DNA of 59,856 bases, filler included, from Circinaria calcarea (Eukaryota): assembly GCA_051942165.1 (NCBI GenBank). It is 13 parts of 13 records of this genome, joined end to end, with 100 filler letters (N's around TTAATTAATTAA, not from the genome) between each part and the next. Parts side by side here need not be neighbours in the genome. Positions count along the whole stretch, not along the records: positions 32,368 to 36,881 come from JAVECS010002297.1; positions 36,982 to 41,484 come from JAVECS010002298.1; positions 41,585 to 46,080 come from JAVECS010002299.1; positions 46,181 to 50,674 come from JAVECS010002300.1; 9 more parts are not named here. One strand, written 5' to 3'. Positions 35,540-48,175 of this stretch are shown piece by piece; position 1 is the first letter of the stretch, and each line of letters starts with the position of its first letter. Under the pieces are notes generated by a model. It searched no databases. It was not told the origin of the DNA and worked only from the letters and a program-made list of their open reading frames with translations. The position numbers and the translations under genes are program-made.

Positions 35540-35866
35540 CCTCGACGCTAATTAAGTGAGAAACGGCCATCCGCCAGCCTCTCAAGTATGCAGGATAATA
35601 TCTGGTGAGAAAGAAAACCTGGGCGTGGACAAGGCTGCTGTCAAGCGAGGCTCGGTGCACGTGCCACCATAGTACTAGTACTTAGTCCTCGCACAATTCA
35701 CCTGCAACCTGCAGACCTTCACAACCACTGGTTTTGCCACGTACCTTATAGGTTGATAGCTGCACTATGGCCACTGCCACAGTCTCAACCCCAGCTACGA
35801 TCTCGAATAGATACGCATATTCGCTGGATGATCGAATCCTATAGAAAACAAGGCGGGGGTCCCAAC

Positions 35867-35940
35867 TACAGGGACACCTTTTTGGCTATTAGGACACCCT
35901 TAGGCTAATAGGACACTTCATCCGACTATTCGGACACCCC
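35867..35940 (+). mobile_element. Probable DNA-transposon terminus (Tc1/mariner/pogo-like)
   Basis: TA followed by CAGGGACACC, then three imperfect direct repeats (GGCTATTAGGACAC, GGCTAATAGGACAC, GACTATTCGGACAC) and TpA-rich DNA. No partner end seen. Confidence 0.45.
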
Positions 35941-36509
35941 ATGAAAATTGTGCCTATAAGGTTATCTAATCCCAGAGGGTATTTGCCATTGAAGGCCCTC
36001 GAGATTATAATATACAAGAATCACCTCTTCCTTTCAAACGTACTCTGCGACAGGAAAATGCTGGCTAGTCCAGAGATAAATCTCATTATATGTAATATAA
36101 TCCGGTTTTTATTTTCCAAGTAGGCTTTTATATCCTATGCATCTTTATTCTAGAAACCTTTATTATTCGCACTGGTCGAAGTATTTGTACCATTATACAG
36201 ACATCTTCATCTTCTTTCCGGGCAATCAGCAGCCAAGCTTCTTTGAACCCTATACAAAAGTATATGATATGCACCGGAGAAGCGCTCGATTTCATGAGAT
36301 TGCCCCGTGATGATCAAGGCTTCGGGTCGCTCACTTGACTGTTCAGAAGCTGAGGGTCAAGACTATCCGGACTCTGAAACGACGTTTGACCCCCTGTAGG
36401 CGGTCGTATCGAAGGTGATATAGAAAACCGGCTGGTGAATGGAGATGTCGGTCTGAAATCACCACTTCGAACCAATTGAGTAATACTGGCTACGTTCAGC
36501 TAGATATTA

Positions 36510-36881
36510 GGGCCTGTTCGGCAACCACTGATTATTGGAATCGATTTCCAAAAATCGATTTTTCGCGATTTTGAAGGGGTGTTCGTTTGCGCGATTCTAG
36601 ACCGATTATGGAAGCTGCGATTCCCGTTTATAAAAATTAAATAATAGGCTAAATTACTAGTAAACTTTACTATCTTATATTAGGAAAATCATGAATTCGT
36701 AATAAAATATATCAAACTATAGTGATTTCCACCTTTATAACCCCTTCCACTCCCGGTGTCTATTTTAGGTCTTTCTCCCCTAAGAATCCCCCTGTGGATA
36801 AGCTCAGTTGGACTCCGGTTATAAAATAAATTTTATTGGAAAACCTTATTAAATAGGTTTAAATCGGTAAATAAACTAAAT
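36510..36881 (+). mobile_element. Probable PIF/Harbinger (Tourist-like) element end, RIP-degraded
   Basis: TTA immediately followed by GGGCCTGTTCGG, like PIF/Tourist TIRs with a TTA/TAA target; strongly AT/TpA-rich to the contig end. Confidence 0.5.
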
Positions 36882-36981
36882 NNNNNNNNNNNNNNNNNNN
36901 NNNNNNNNNNNNNNNNNNNNNNNNNTTAATTAATTAANNNNNNNNNNNNNNNNNNNNNNNNNNNNNNNNNNNNNNNNNNNN
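36882..36981. other. Artificial contig linker
   Basis: N44-TTAATTAATTAA-N44. Confidence 0.99.
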
Positions 36982-37839
36982 GGATTGGATTGCCCCTTAT
37001 ATCCCCCATCCCCATTCCCATCCCATTCCTCCAATATCCAATAACCCAATAACCCAATACCCCAATAACTCCCCCCCGCCGCTCATAACCTCTCATCATC
37101 CTCGTCCGTATTTTCTCAAAACTCGTAACTCCCCAAAGTTCTCCATTCACGATTTTTGTCCCCGTTTGGAAATTTCGGACATGTTTTTGGGTGTCTTTTG
37201 TGGCTTTTGTTTGTTTATACGTGTCTGTGTCTGTGTGTGCGGAAGTCATGTACACTGGACGGGGGTTTACAAATCGCATCATCACTCGGTCGGTACCTTG
37301 GGTGATCATAGCTTTACAAGTACCGGTGTTAGATCCCTCCGGGGGTGCGGGACGTTCGGTTATGTTGGTAAGGGTGAGGGTCAGTGCCCCAATCGTCATT
37401 TCGGAGGATGGGTTGTGCGAGGGTTTGGGCATGTAAGCATGGATGTGGGATAGTGGGGTTGCAATGAAGATAAGGAACGAGTTGGCAGATGACGAGGAAG
37501 AGAGGGGATGAGGTAGAATGGAATCCTAGGAGTCGATTACGGGACTAGGGGGTAGGGGGGTAGTATTGTGGGGGAGTGAGGACCAAGGGACGGTTGAGAG
37601 GATAGAATGGAATGATACCTCGTCACGAGGGACGCGGGGAGAGGGTTGCATTCGTTTCGGGGGCTGGTTCCAGCTGGAGGTTGTCGGTACTGTGGTTTCT
37701 CGCTTGGCGGCTTATTGTCGGGGAATAGTTGGCGGTTGGGTGGTGAATATGATATACACGGTTCTCTCTCTTCTTCTTGCTGGCTGAGTAAGGAATGATA
37801 TTGGCAAGTGGTGAACGAGGAGGTGATGAGTGTCAACAA
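36982..37839 (-). CDS. Possible lineage-specific spliced gene
   Basis: Two minus-strand ORFs (37537-37839, and 37432 to the contig edge) with a GTATCA donor-like site in the first; no recognised domain. Confidence 0.25.
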
Positions 37840-37968
37840 AGAAGTTTGCTAAATGATTGTACAAAGGGTAAGAGAGTCACATGATCTTGTTAAGAGGCAA
37901 GGGGTTGGAGAATAAAATAAGGAGATGGTGTGAATCTGAGTTCGAAGCCACCCAGCGAATAAGAAACA

Positions 37969-38978
37969 TCAAGATGGAGCAACAGAAGCAAGATACAGCA
38001 ACCCTACCGCACTGGCAGCTTTTAACACAGCATCCACCTTAACCCTCTGCGTCCCAATAGGAAGTGGCCCAAGCGCAAGGCTCGAACAGTTTGTGCACTG
38101 AGTCATCCCACGGTCCAGCATCCGCCACACCAGCCTATTCTTATCCACGTCAAGCGTCTGCGCCTGCATTTTCAGGCTGTGCATGAACAAGCTCGTCTTG
38201 TGATCCAGTCCCGTCATTACCGCTTCCATTGCATAGCCAGTTGAGGCCATGCCAGGACTAACTCCCGAAGTAACCTCCACGGCCGAAGTGTCCTTTGTCG
38301 TCCTAGTCTTTTCTAGTGCAATCTTGACAAAGTTACTTATACTCACGCAATAAGCGGTATCCGGTATTGGGTGATGGTGGAAGTCGTGGTTATGCGAATT
38401 TATGCCATCAATGCAAATCTCCGAGTCTTCGCACTCGCCGGGAGTGTGGGTAAACAACCCCATTTGGTGATTGATGCAGCTGATTGAATAGGCTTGGGCA
38501 TTGGCGAGACGTAAGCAACGAGATGCCATGAAGGAGGGGAGTGCGGGATTGGGGCACGATCTCAAGGGTCGTGAACCGCGTTTGGTGAGGCGTTCCGAGT
38601 GAGAGGGCGGCGCCAAGTGTTGGTTATGGTGGAATGAGAAACGATCGGAGATATCGTTGCCATCGGTATCAGATATTGAAATGTTGAACATGCTCTCTGG
38701 GATGGGCCTTCGGCTGATTAGCTAGGACTAGCTAGTCAAATATATTCTGGTTACATTCGCTGGGTGGAAAAGGTGATTAGAGACGTAATATACAGAGGTG
38801 CCACTATCTCAGCTTTTGGAATACTAGGGGCTTGGGATCTCGATGGAGAGGATGGTAAAATGGGGTCTAACATGGATCCTTGCGAGATTCTGCCATGATC
38901 GGCGACCAATGCTGTGACTCGGACGATAGGAGTGCAGCTCAAAAACACCACCAGATTCCAACAAGTCTTCCAAAGCAT
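37969..38978 (-). CDS. Putative secreted cysteine-rich protein (effector-like)
   Basis: Signal-like N-terminus MLWKTCWNLVVFLSCTPIVRVTA. The 240-aa terminal ORF has a Kex2-type LTKR site followed by 8 Cys and is preceded by a GCTAAT branch site and CAG acceptor. Exact introns uncertain. Confidence 0.65.
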
Positions 38979-40741
38979 CGCGAACGAAAGGAGAAAGAAG
39001 ATACTGATCAAACAGATTAGGATGCACGTAGGAAATAGTCAAGTGAATACAGGCTGGTTGAATTTGCACGGCCATGGAATATCTCGGGTGTTCAAACTGC
39101 TACTAGAAGCGCTCTCGTTATTTGCGATCGCTCCATTCCCTAATCCGTACAATTTTTCACTTGGTGGTCAAGGTTTGAAAACATTCCCCCTTATAAATGT
39201 TCTTAAGCGGACAAAGAGTTGCGAGTCGGCTAGAGTGAAGCGTTGCGCCAATCGCGAACCTCATACGAGTTACCCACCCTTTTCTCAACCTCCCTACCTT
39301 GGGATTTATTTATGTGTAGACTGATTGTCAAAAAGAGCTCAAAGCCGAGCGAGTATTCAGGGTTGGGCTCTAAATTTCCGGATCAGACTTTGACGCTCCA
39401 TCGTCGAAAGTCGCAAATCTACCATGGGGTATCGAAAGGCCGAGTTAAGGCCAGTCCAGTTTCGGAGCTTCATCGTCAAAGGAGGCAAGTCAACCACGAA
39501 GATGGAAAGGAAACGAGTTAGCAGCAACTGGCATAGTTAGATCATGGTTCCGTGATTGCAAGTTTCCCGACTGCATAGAGGATACCTTAGTCAACACCTG
39601 CAGTGAGCTGTATGCCTCTCGTATTCGATCGTCTCCATAAGTGACAACATGGGTGTCACAGGATCAACCGACGGTACCTAGACCCGGCTAGGACTTCGAC
39701 CAAGAGAAAGGGAATGGTAGCTCCCGAACTGTCTATCTCTGATTATTTGAATCGCCTTAGTTGAGCGGTTGAACCACAGAGCAGAGGTAGGTTGATTTGG
39801 CATTGGCAAAGCAGAGCATTGTACCAAAGACACGGTCACGGCCAAGGCATTATTGAACGCAGTGAATATGATACAGTATTCGAAAAAGGTGTCTGCGGAG
39901 TACGCATAGATGCAGTGGATCGGAGGGTGGTATCGCCTTATGTCGTCGCGAAGGAGGTCTTATCAGTCGGTAAAGCTTGCCGTCCTCTCTCATCATCATT
40001 CAGCTGATGATCCCAGAGAGAATCTCGCCAAAAATACCAATGACTGTTGATGACTCGAAACACGAACCCAGCTGCAACGTCGTGTCGATGATCCCAATCG
40101 TTCAGGTCGATGACAGAAGTCGGGAGGATGAGTATGGGCGAGGTTGTATTTGTCGCTTGGAATGAAACCCCGCTAGACTCTAGTCAGCTTGGCTCCTCTC
40201 CAATCAGCCTTGTCAAGGTGACTAACCATGCAAGGTACCATCGCGGCTCTTCCCCGACAGACAATTATAATTCCAAAGCTCGTAACCAACACCTCCAGTG
40301 CCACGAGGCTATCTCATCCTCACCATATATGCCCGAGCTTGGGAACGAAGGTGAATGCAATGTACCATGGCCAGCCACGAGCTTGATGGTATTTGTGGCT
40401 TCGGTGAAACAGCCGCTCCTGACGTGTGATATCTTCTATACTCATAGTGCTTATACTGAATGTGACGGTGACGACCGATTGACCTTCAAGGTAGCATGTG
40501 TCATTTCAGTGAGGGAGGTGTACATAAGCCATGTGCTGTACAACCCAGCATAGATTCCTTTTTCTATCCCACTGCAACTGACTCTCGTTTTCTCCTCGGA
40601 TGTCCATCTCATCCCATATCGTCATAGAAAGACAAGCCCACAAATACCCTCCTCCTGCAGATCCCATCCTCTGTTTCACCCCTACGAGCAATCGCCTCCG
40701 GCCTGGATTGTCGTTCAATACATAATACCTCCCCATCAGCA

Positions 40742-41484
40742 ATGTCCTCGGCCTCTCCTATCTGCAACCGCGCCTGTGCCATCGCCCTTCCAATCGTCAT
40801 CTCCGTCGTCGGTACCTCCCTCGTTTTCGTAACAGCCTTCGCCATCTATCTTCGGCGCAAGTTGTCCCGTGTTCAACGCCAGACCGGCCAGCCAGCTCAA
40901 GATAACGAGAAAGCACACACTACTCCCATGCCTGCTTCAGCCATGTCTCGGCCGCCTGTGATATCCATGCCCATGCCTATCCCCGGCTCGGGCCCGGATG
41001 CTCGAGGGCTTGTCCCCATCTCCCCTTCTGCACGCACCCGGCAGCAAAGTGTTGCCGGTATGCCGATCGCGGGCACGATGAAGACATCGCAATCGGAAAT
41101 GCCATTACCTCCCATCAGCTCCGGCTGCGAAGCCATGAGTCTGAGAGACCGCATCCGCGTAATGGTTGGCTTAAAGCCTCGATGCCCGTGCCCAAAGTGC
41201 AAGGACAACCCTCGATTCCGACCAGGACGACCTGTCCATCAGAATATTACCTACAACACCTCGAGGGGGATTGACTGGGTCGTTCCGCCACCACAGCAAC
41301 GACCTGCAGTAAGCGCGAACGGGAACGGGACAAGAAGAGTCGAGGAGGAGGTGCTTCCAATCTACATCCAGAATGCCAAGGAAAACCTTCCTGGCCACCC
41401 AAACTACGCCTCCAGTCCCAGTGCCGCCTCTGGAAGCGAGTATAGTGTTAGCCAAAATCCATCGCGCAGTCACACTCCCCCTCA
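40742..41484 (+). CDS. Single-pass membrane protein with Pro/Ser-rich cytoplasmic tail, 3' truncated
   Basis: TM segment AIALPIVISVVGTSLVFVTAFAIYL followed by RRK; open frame to the contig end. Confidence 0.6.
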
Positions 41485-41584
41485 NNNNNNNNNNNNNNNN
41501 NNNNNNNNNNNNNNNNNNNNNNNNNNNNTTAATTAATTAANNNNNNNNNNNNNNNNNNNNNNNNNNNNNNNNNNNNNNNNNNNN
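41485..41584. other. Artificial contig linker
   Basis: N44-TTAATTAATTAA-N44. Confidence 0.99.
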
Positions 41585-41585
41585 G

Positions 41586-44201
41586 GTGGAAGACCTTAGC
41601 GAATATCAAGATCAATCCCAGATTACGACTTTGTTGACGTCTGCGATCGATATCATTGATCGATTGTATAAGACAGCAACTAAGATTCGAAATCCGGCGA
41701 TTCGACTTGTGAGCTCGAAGGCCGCCGCCTTCACGCACATTGACGGAGAGACAGGGATAGATCTTATACAGAGTTATCTAGACATTGATTACCGTCACGT
41801 CACCGAGCTATTCTGGGAATATCGATCCGTCAAGCTGAAGGATCCTGAAAATGCCCCCGAAGAGCAGCGCGACCTTGACCACAAGCCCAGGTTCCTCACG
41901 GAAGAGGAACAACAGCTTTTATCGAGACTTGCCAAAGCTAACACCTATCGCCGAAAGCAGTTTGGATATTGGGCCAGACACAGAGCAAAGAATGCCAAAG
42001 AAACAGCCAAGGCCCTTGAAGAGAGGATCGATACTGGTGCTACTGCACGACCTGAACGTGAAGGCGTTTCTAAAAGCAGTAAGCTGAGCATTATACCATC
42101 CTCAAAGGCTTTTTCCAAGCCATCTACTGCTTCATTTCTGCAGAACCCTGAAAATATAAGATTCGATGACACTGCCTCTACAATATCAAGGCAGTCTGGA
42201 CGGTCTGTTGCCCCCCAGGCACAAAGTGTCAATGACGAACGTGTCGAAATCCCTGAGCCTCCCTCAGCACTTAAGGATGCGAAACACTTTTCGTGTCCAT
42301 ACTGCTTCGTGCTATGCTCCCGGTCAGTTTTAGAAAAGAATGCTTGGAGGTAAGGTCATTATGATCTACAAGACCCCAGTTACTATATACTCACTCCTAA
42401 ATCGAACAGGGAGCATGTGCTTCGTGATCTGCGGCCCTATACTTGTACATACGTTGATTGTAGAGTTGGCGATCAAATGTATGACAACTGGAGAGACTGG
42501 GCCACACACGAGCAGTGGATACACAACAGGGCATGGCGCTGCGTCCAACATCCTACGGAGACCTATTTGACTGCCTTGGACTTTAGGACTCATTTAGCGC
42601 AGCAACATGAACAAGAACCCTCCTTGGATTTGGATGATGCTGTGGCTGCAGGTGCAACTGTATCGGGTGTACAAGACCGCCCTTGCCCTTTGTGCCTATA
42701 TATTCCTGAGACTGGGGATGCGATGCAGATGCAGATCCATATTGCAAGCCACCTACAAAGGGTTGCACTTTTTGCTCTTCCCAATTCAACAGGTTTGGAA
42801 GACAGTTCAGATGCCGGCCAGGGCTCATCAAAATCTGCAAATGCTGAGGTTCAGGATTTACGCCGGGACGATTTTGAACAGGTTGCGTGGAATGACGAAA
42901 AGGAAGACGGATTGATCCAAGAAGCCTCTTCTAACCCTCTCACGACTGAAGCTCTAGAGAACATTCCTGGCCTTAGTGAAGCTTCCGAAAACTCTACAAT
43001 GTTGAGAGAGTCTATCTCCCGATTGCTTAATCCCATTGATATCACAGCTGCATCTGTATTGAGTAAATCTGTTGATAAGATTACAACAGAGGTTAATGCG
43101 GCTGAATTTGATCACCCACTTAGAAAGGAAGCAAAACTAAACAGGTTGAAGAAAAGCCCTGATAGAGATACTAATGCTCATGGAGGCGAACATACTAGCG
43201 CATTAATAACAGCTTCATATTCAGGGAAGAAAGAAATAGTGCAGCTGCTATTAGATAACGGAGCAGATATTAACGCTCAGAGAGGCCATCGTGGCAGCGC
43301 ATTAATAGAAGCTTCACGTTCAGGGAAGAAAGAAATAGTGCAGCTGCTATTAGATAACGGAGCAGATATTAACGCTCAGGGAGGCCATCGTGGCAGCGCA
43401 TTGATAGAAGCTTCACGTTCAAGGCAGAAAGAAATAGTGCAGCTGCTATTGGACAAGGGAGCAGACATTAATGCTCAGGGAGGCTATTATGGCAGTGCAT
43501 TAATAGAAGCTTCACGTTCAGGGGAGAAAGAAATAGTGCAGCTGCTATTGGACAAGGGAGCAGATATTAATTCTCAGGGAAACTTTTATAGTAACGCATT
43601 AATAGCAGCTTCACGTTTAGGGAATAAAGAAATAGTGCAGCTGCTATTGAATAACGGAGCAGACATTAACGCTCAGGGAGGCGAATTTGGCAGCGCATTA
43701 ATAGCAGCTTTATATTCAGGGCAGAAAGAAATAATGCAGCTGCTATTGGACAACGGAGCAGACGTCAACGCTCAGGGAGGCCATTATGGCAGCGCATTAA
43801 TAGCAGCTTCACGTTTAGGGGAGAAAGAAATAGTGCAGCTGCTATTGGACAAGGGAGCAGACATTAATGCTCAAGGAGGTAGATATGGCAGTGCATTAAC
43901 AGCAGCTTCACAGTCAGGGAAGAAAGAAATAGTGCAGCTGCTATTAAACAACGGAGCAGAAATCAACGCCCAGGGAGGCAAATTTGGCAGCGCATTAATG
44001 GCAGCTTCACAGTCAGGGAAGAAAGAAATAGTGCAGCTGCTATTAAACAACGGAGCAGAAATCAACGCCCAGGGAGGTGAATTTGGCAGCGCATTAATGG
44101 CAGCTTCACAGTCAGAGGAGAAAGAAATAGTGCAGCTACTCTTGGATAATGGAGCAGGTGGTGGATCATCGGAAAACCCGATTACCCCATCCAAAGCTTA
44201 G
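41586..44201 (+). CDS. C2H2 zinc-finger + ankyrin-repeat protein, 5' truncated
   Basis: FSCPYC...WREHVLRDLRPYTCTYVDC...WATHEQWIH...CPLC...HIASHLQRVALFALP (intron 42350-42409), followed by 10 ankyrin repeats. Confidence 0.92.
43167..44156 (+). repeat. 10 x 99-bp tandem ankyrin-coding repeats with high internal conservation
   Basis: Near-invariant AAAGAAATAGTGCAGCTGCTATT core every 99 bp. Confidence 0.97.
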
Positions 44202-45650
44202 GAAAAGGCGATACGGGTACCGCCATCCCATTACCATCAACCTCGCATCCTACAAGGGATATCTTAAATACTTATTGGCTTTTAATGTCTTCAATCAAAG
44301 CTGACCAATAACCTTATTTGGAAACACGGGTCAAGTATCTGCTTGATTTGGACCCGATATGCCAGGTGCGAGTAGCAACCTTGGTCTGGAGTATGATATA
44401 ATCCTCGAATTGTAAGTTACTCTAAGGGCCGTGTTATCATAGGTATCTCAACTTACCTCAAAAGGCCTTCCGAGACAGGTGAAATTAGTCGTTCAGTTCT
44501 ATATCCGATCGCCCGATCTTCATGCAAGGATTTATTATAATACCTGGCTTAATAGTCGATTTTCTTCACAAAGTCTTCTACTTATAACAAGTTTACGCAT
44601 ACTCCGAGCAGCTTCATGCCTACAGTTAATGCAACCCCTGCCAGATGAGCCAATGAAGCTACGGGCAAACTTAAGATTTTTGAGCTATGAACGTCAGTCT
44701 TCTTCTCATTACACCTTATGGTAACTAATATAGTTCTTAAGGGATGATACTGTTTCACAACGCCTTCCTCGCGCTTAAGACGCAAGATGAGTGCGACCCG
44801 ATTCAAGATCATATACTTGCTGGAGGGAAGAACTTATTTTCAGACGGCAGGTTTAGATCCCGTTACAGGAAACATAAAAGCTAATAACTATCAGGGTGAT
44901 TGTGTTGGAACATGATGGAAGGTGTGAATATCCGTGCAGAATTTCTGCACACCCGCGCATTCCATGCAGAATGCTCCTGGAGGTTCATTGAACCCTTTGT
45001 TTTACATGTTTGCTGCTCCGCATCAAGCGGGTAAGTTGCAGGGTCATGACTATCATCAATACTACCACAATTTCATAGTAATTCGATAGCTTCCACCCAT
45101 TCAATTTCTCTTCCAAATGCTTCGTGCACCACGTGACCGTAGGCATTTCATCAGAAAGATGGGTGGAAGAACGGGAAGCGGATATCGCTCGGGCGAGAAG
45201 TTTCTTGGGATTACTAGGAGTTTATATTGGAGGAGGTATTCAGATTGTGATCTATACTTCGGATTTTCATCACTCGGGGAAATTCCCTTTGAAGTGACTT
45301 TTTCCCCGCAACTTGAATATTGAATAAATTGACTGTGAACTCTGCATAATCAGTTTTCAACCTTAAAATTAAAGGCATAGGGCTTCCCGAGTCCCGTGTC
45401 ACGGGGTCCCCCTGCGACTTCCACGGAAGGTCCGAGGTCCGGGTTGTCGGGGGGATATGTATATAAAAGGTAGTGCTTTGAGTATAGAAGAGAACCAAGC
45501 AAGTTTGACCACATAACAATCCCGTGTAATTTACGGATTACACGAGGGTCTACGCTCAACATTTCTCGTACGATATAAAAGCTTTGCACTGTATGCTAGT
45601 GTAAACTGTAAGAATACATAGCAATACATGCACGTCACCATATATGCTGC

Positions 45651-46079
45651 TCAACACTTGATTGCTCCTACTTGTCTATCACGGATCAGATAGAAGATTA
45701 TCATTGAATCCCCAAACTTCGTTGAATAGCGAGCCATAGGTATTTCATCCTCTAGTGTCACATCAGAAATAGCGACCACCTTATCCCTACATAACCCAAA
45801 GTGCCAGTACAACTGCCAGAAATCCACAGTAGAGATCCTAGAAGCTTGCCGTATCTTTTCACAGTCCCCCTCGTCAAGCCCGTAGGCTAACTGAGCTGTC
45901 ATGAGGTTGGCCCATCGTAGCGTTGGAGGCTGACATTCTACGTTGACTTCGCCTAGGTAAGCATTCTTTGACCAGGACTTCCAAGGACGAGATTCGTAAT
46001 TATCAAGGATTTGCTCCAGTTGATCTATGAACTCCCCTTCTTCCTCATGGATGTCGTCAACGTCTTCCTTGGGCATCAA
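45651..46079 (-). CDS. Hypothetical protein, fragment open at the contig edge
   Basis: 142-codon frame with globular-like composition; no family recognised. Confidence 0.45.
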   Translation of the reverse strand: MMPKEDVDDIHEEEGEFIDQLEQILDNYESRPWKSWSKNAYLGEVNVECQPPTLRWANLMTAQLAYGLDEGDCEKIRQASRISTVDFWQLYWHFGLCRDKVVAISDVTLEDEIPMARYSTKFGDSMIIFYLIRDRQVGAIKC

Positions 46080-46080
46080 T

Positions 46081-46180
46081 NNNNNNNNNNNNNNNNNNNN
46101 NNNNNNNNNNNNNNNNNNNNNNNNTTAATTAATTAANNNNNNNNNNNNNNNNNNNNNNNNNNNNNNNNNNNNNNNNNNNN
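46081..46180. other. Artificial contig linker
   Basis: N44-TTAATTAATTAA-N44. Confidence 0.99.
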
Positions 46181-46446
46181 TTGCCGAGCCCAGCGTGCAT
46201 TTCTTTAAGCCATCTATGCCGGAGAAGGAAAAGGGGAACCTGCCGACAGAGCATTGCTCTGTACTGCAAGCAGCCAGGGTTTCCTGCAGGGTAGACAATA
46301 ATGCGAGGTGCTCGATGTGAAGAGCCGCATGGGCTATAAAATACCATGAATGAAGACGGCTGCCTCTGAGCTGGCCATGGTGTCCAAGATCCCTTTGGTT
46401 GGTAGCTCCATATATTGGAACCTGGTGATGCTTTACGTAGGCAATC

Positions 46447-47994
46447 ATGGCCGGGCAAACTAACAATCCATGGACATGGAGTGAACCGCACAATGACTAC
46501 TACCGAACAGAGCCCCAATCCAACGGTACGCTTCAGGGAAGCTGCATACGCAGGGGTTCCAACGAGGCTGACCGCACTAGGCACTTGGAAGTACATTTTC
46601 TCCAAGTCCGAAAAGTAAGCATTGCCGCTAAATTCAACGTTAGCTAGGCTTACAGATTTGCTGATATATGAAAGCAATGACTATACTTCTGCTGAAGAAT
46701 CGAGTTCGCAAATCGTTTCACGAGATTATCGAGGCGGAGGCGACAATGAAGAAGAGGAAGAACAGCCTTTGGAGCCCGGTCGACAATCCAGCTACTATAC
46801 TTCAACATCAGGGGCTATCGCTGATGCTATTTCCGGCATGGGAAATTTGTCTGTCTCAGAATCGAGACAGGGTGGCAGACGACAGACAGCCGGCCGAGAC
46901 ACAAGAATCAGGGATAATGGGGTAGTCGCATCCTCCGGTCGAGGAATCGGATATCCCTCAAGTAATGCGTCTTGGTATGCTGGAGGCACTGGTCATCCTA
47001 CGCACCAAATTCAGGGTCTACATCAGCACAGTACGGTGCAACAGAGCATTGGTTATTCCATAAAACCAGTACCACAGTTCTCTGCATCTCCCTATACATC
47101 TCAGCCGGCAGGATTTAGTGACAAACAAATGGGGAAACAAGCCATGCAAGGTTTGACGCTTCGCAATTGCATTATAGAAATGCACTCATACCAGCCGTAG
47201 GTTATGAACCACAAGCGGGAGCTCTAGCGATATCCCAGACTTTGCAGCCGTACGGTAATTCAGCCACAGGAGGTCCAGAGCCTGTGCTACCCGTGGCTGA
47301 CGAAATCTCGACGGTTGACGGCCGCCAGGCCATGGGAATGTTGCGAGGTACGGAGGGTACCTTCGAGAAGTTAGATCCTGCCTTCAAGATTGAAAAGGAT
47401 CATTGGAATTTTTATGTACCTGGCCGGGTAAGCTCAAGCCAACTAAGCTGCCGAGGTTGACTGACAACCAAGGTCTTTAAAACACTATGGTGGGAACCCA
47501 TGGGAGAGCACAACCTTGAGCAAGGTTACCATGGCCCTAGTGTGGTGAAATACGGAGAGCAAGCGTATGCGAAAGTTCGCCGATTCATTGTCATTCGTGC
47601 TAAGCCTAAGGAGTACTACTCGAATTGCATGTCAGTCTGCTCACGTTTTAAAGATGACCATGCTGCAAGAAGCTGACGTGATCTTAGTCAAATCTCCACC
47701 CACGGAGGCCGTGGGGTAGCCCGAAAAGGCCTCAATCAAGAGGAACATTGCATAGTTTACACCAGTAGCAAACCCCCCAAGAAGCTTGAGGGCGAAACGA
47801 AGATGCGGAAAGATCCAATCCACGTAAGAGCTATTAGCTCATCGGAGAAACTGGATCCACTCTCGCGTGTCAATTTCTCCAAGGTATATCCGGTTGAACA
47901 TAACATCAAGATTAAGGAGATAGGCCTGATATCCGGCACAGACCTCAAGAGGCTAATAGGCTACTGGAAAAATGCAACGCAACCTTATCCGTAA
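46447..47994 (+). CDS. DUF6590-like domain protein, six exons
   Basis: N-terminus WTWSEPHNDYY. C-terminal domain LDPAF..FYVPGRVFKTLWWEP..YAKVRRFIVI..CIQISTHGGRG..HCIVY..LDPLSRVNFSKVYPVEHNIKIKEIG. Introns 46526-46580, 46615-46674, 47151-47194 (or 47200), 47428-47472 and 47631-47687. Confidence 0.85.
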
Positions 47995-48175
47995 AGCGAA
48001 AAAACCCTTTGTCAAGCAAGGCAAATCATTGCAGCTTATATTGACCAGCACCGGCCTTGCATAAATATACGTGCCGCTGTCTAGAACTTGATAGCGGTCG
48101 GAATCATACGCATAACATATGATTCCGGACTTACCTGAGCGATCCCCCGGCTTGGGACAGTCAGCAGTCGTAGGG

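Noticed and set aside
43167..44156. Repeat with variable intervals resembling a CRISPR array
   Set aside because: The period is exactly 99 bp, it lies in an open frame encoding ankyrin repeats, and there are no cas genes
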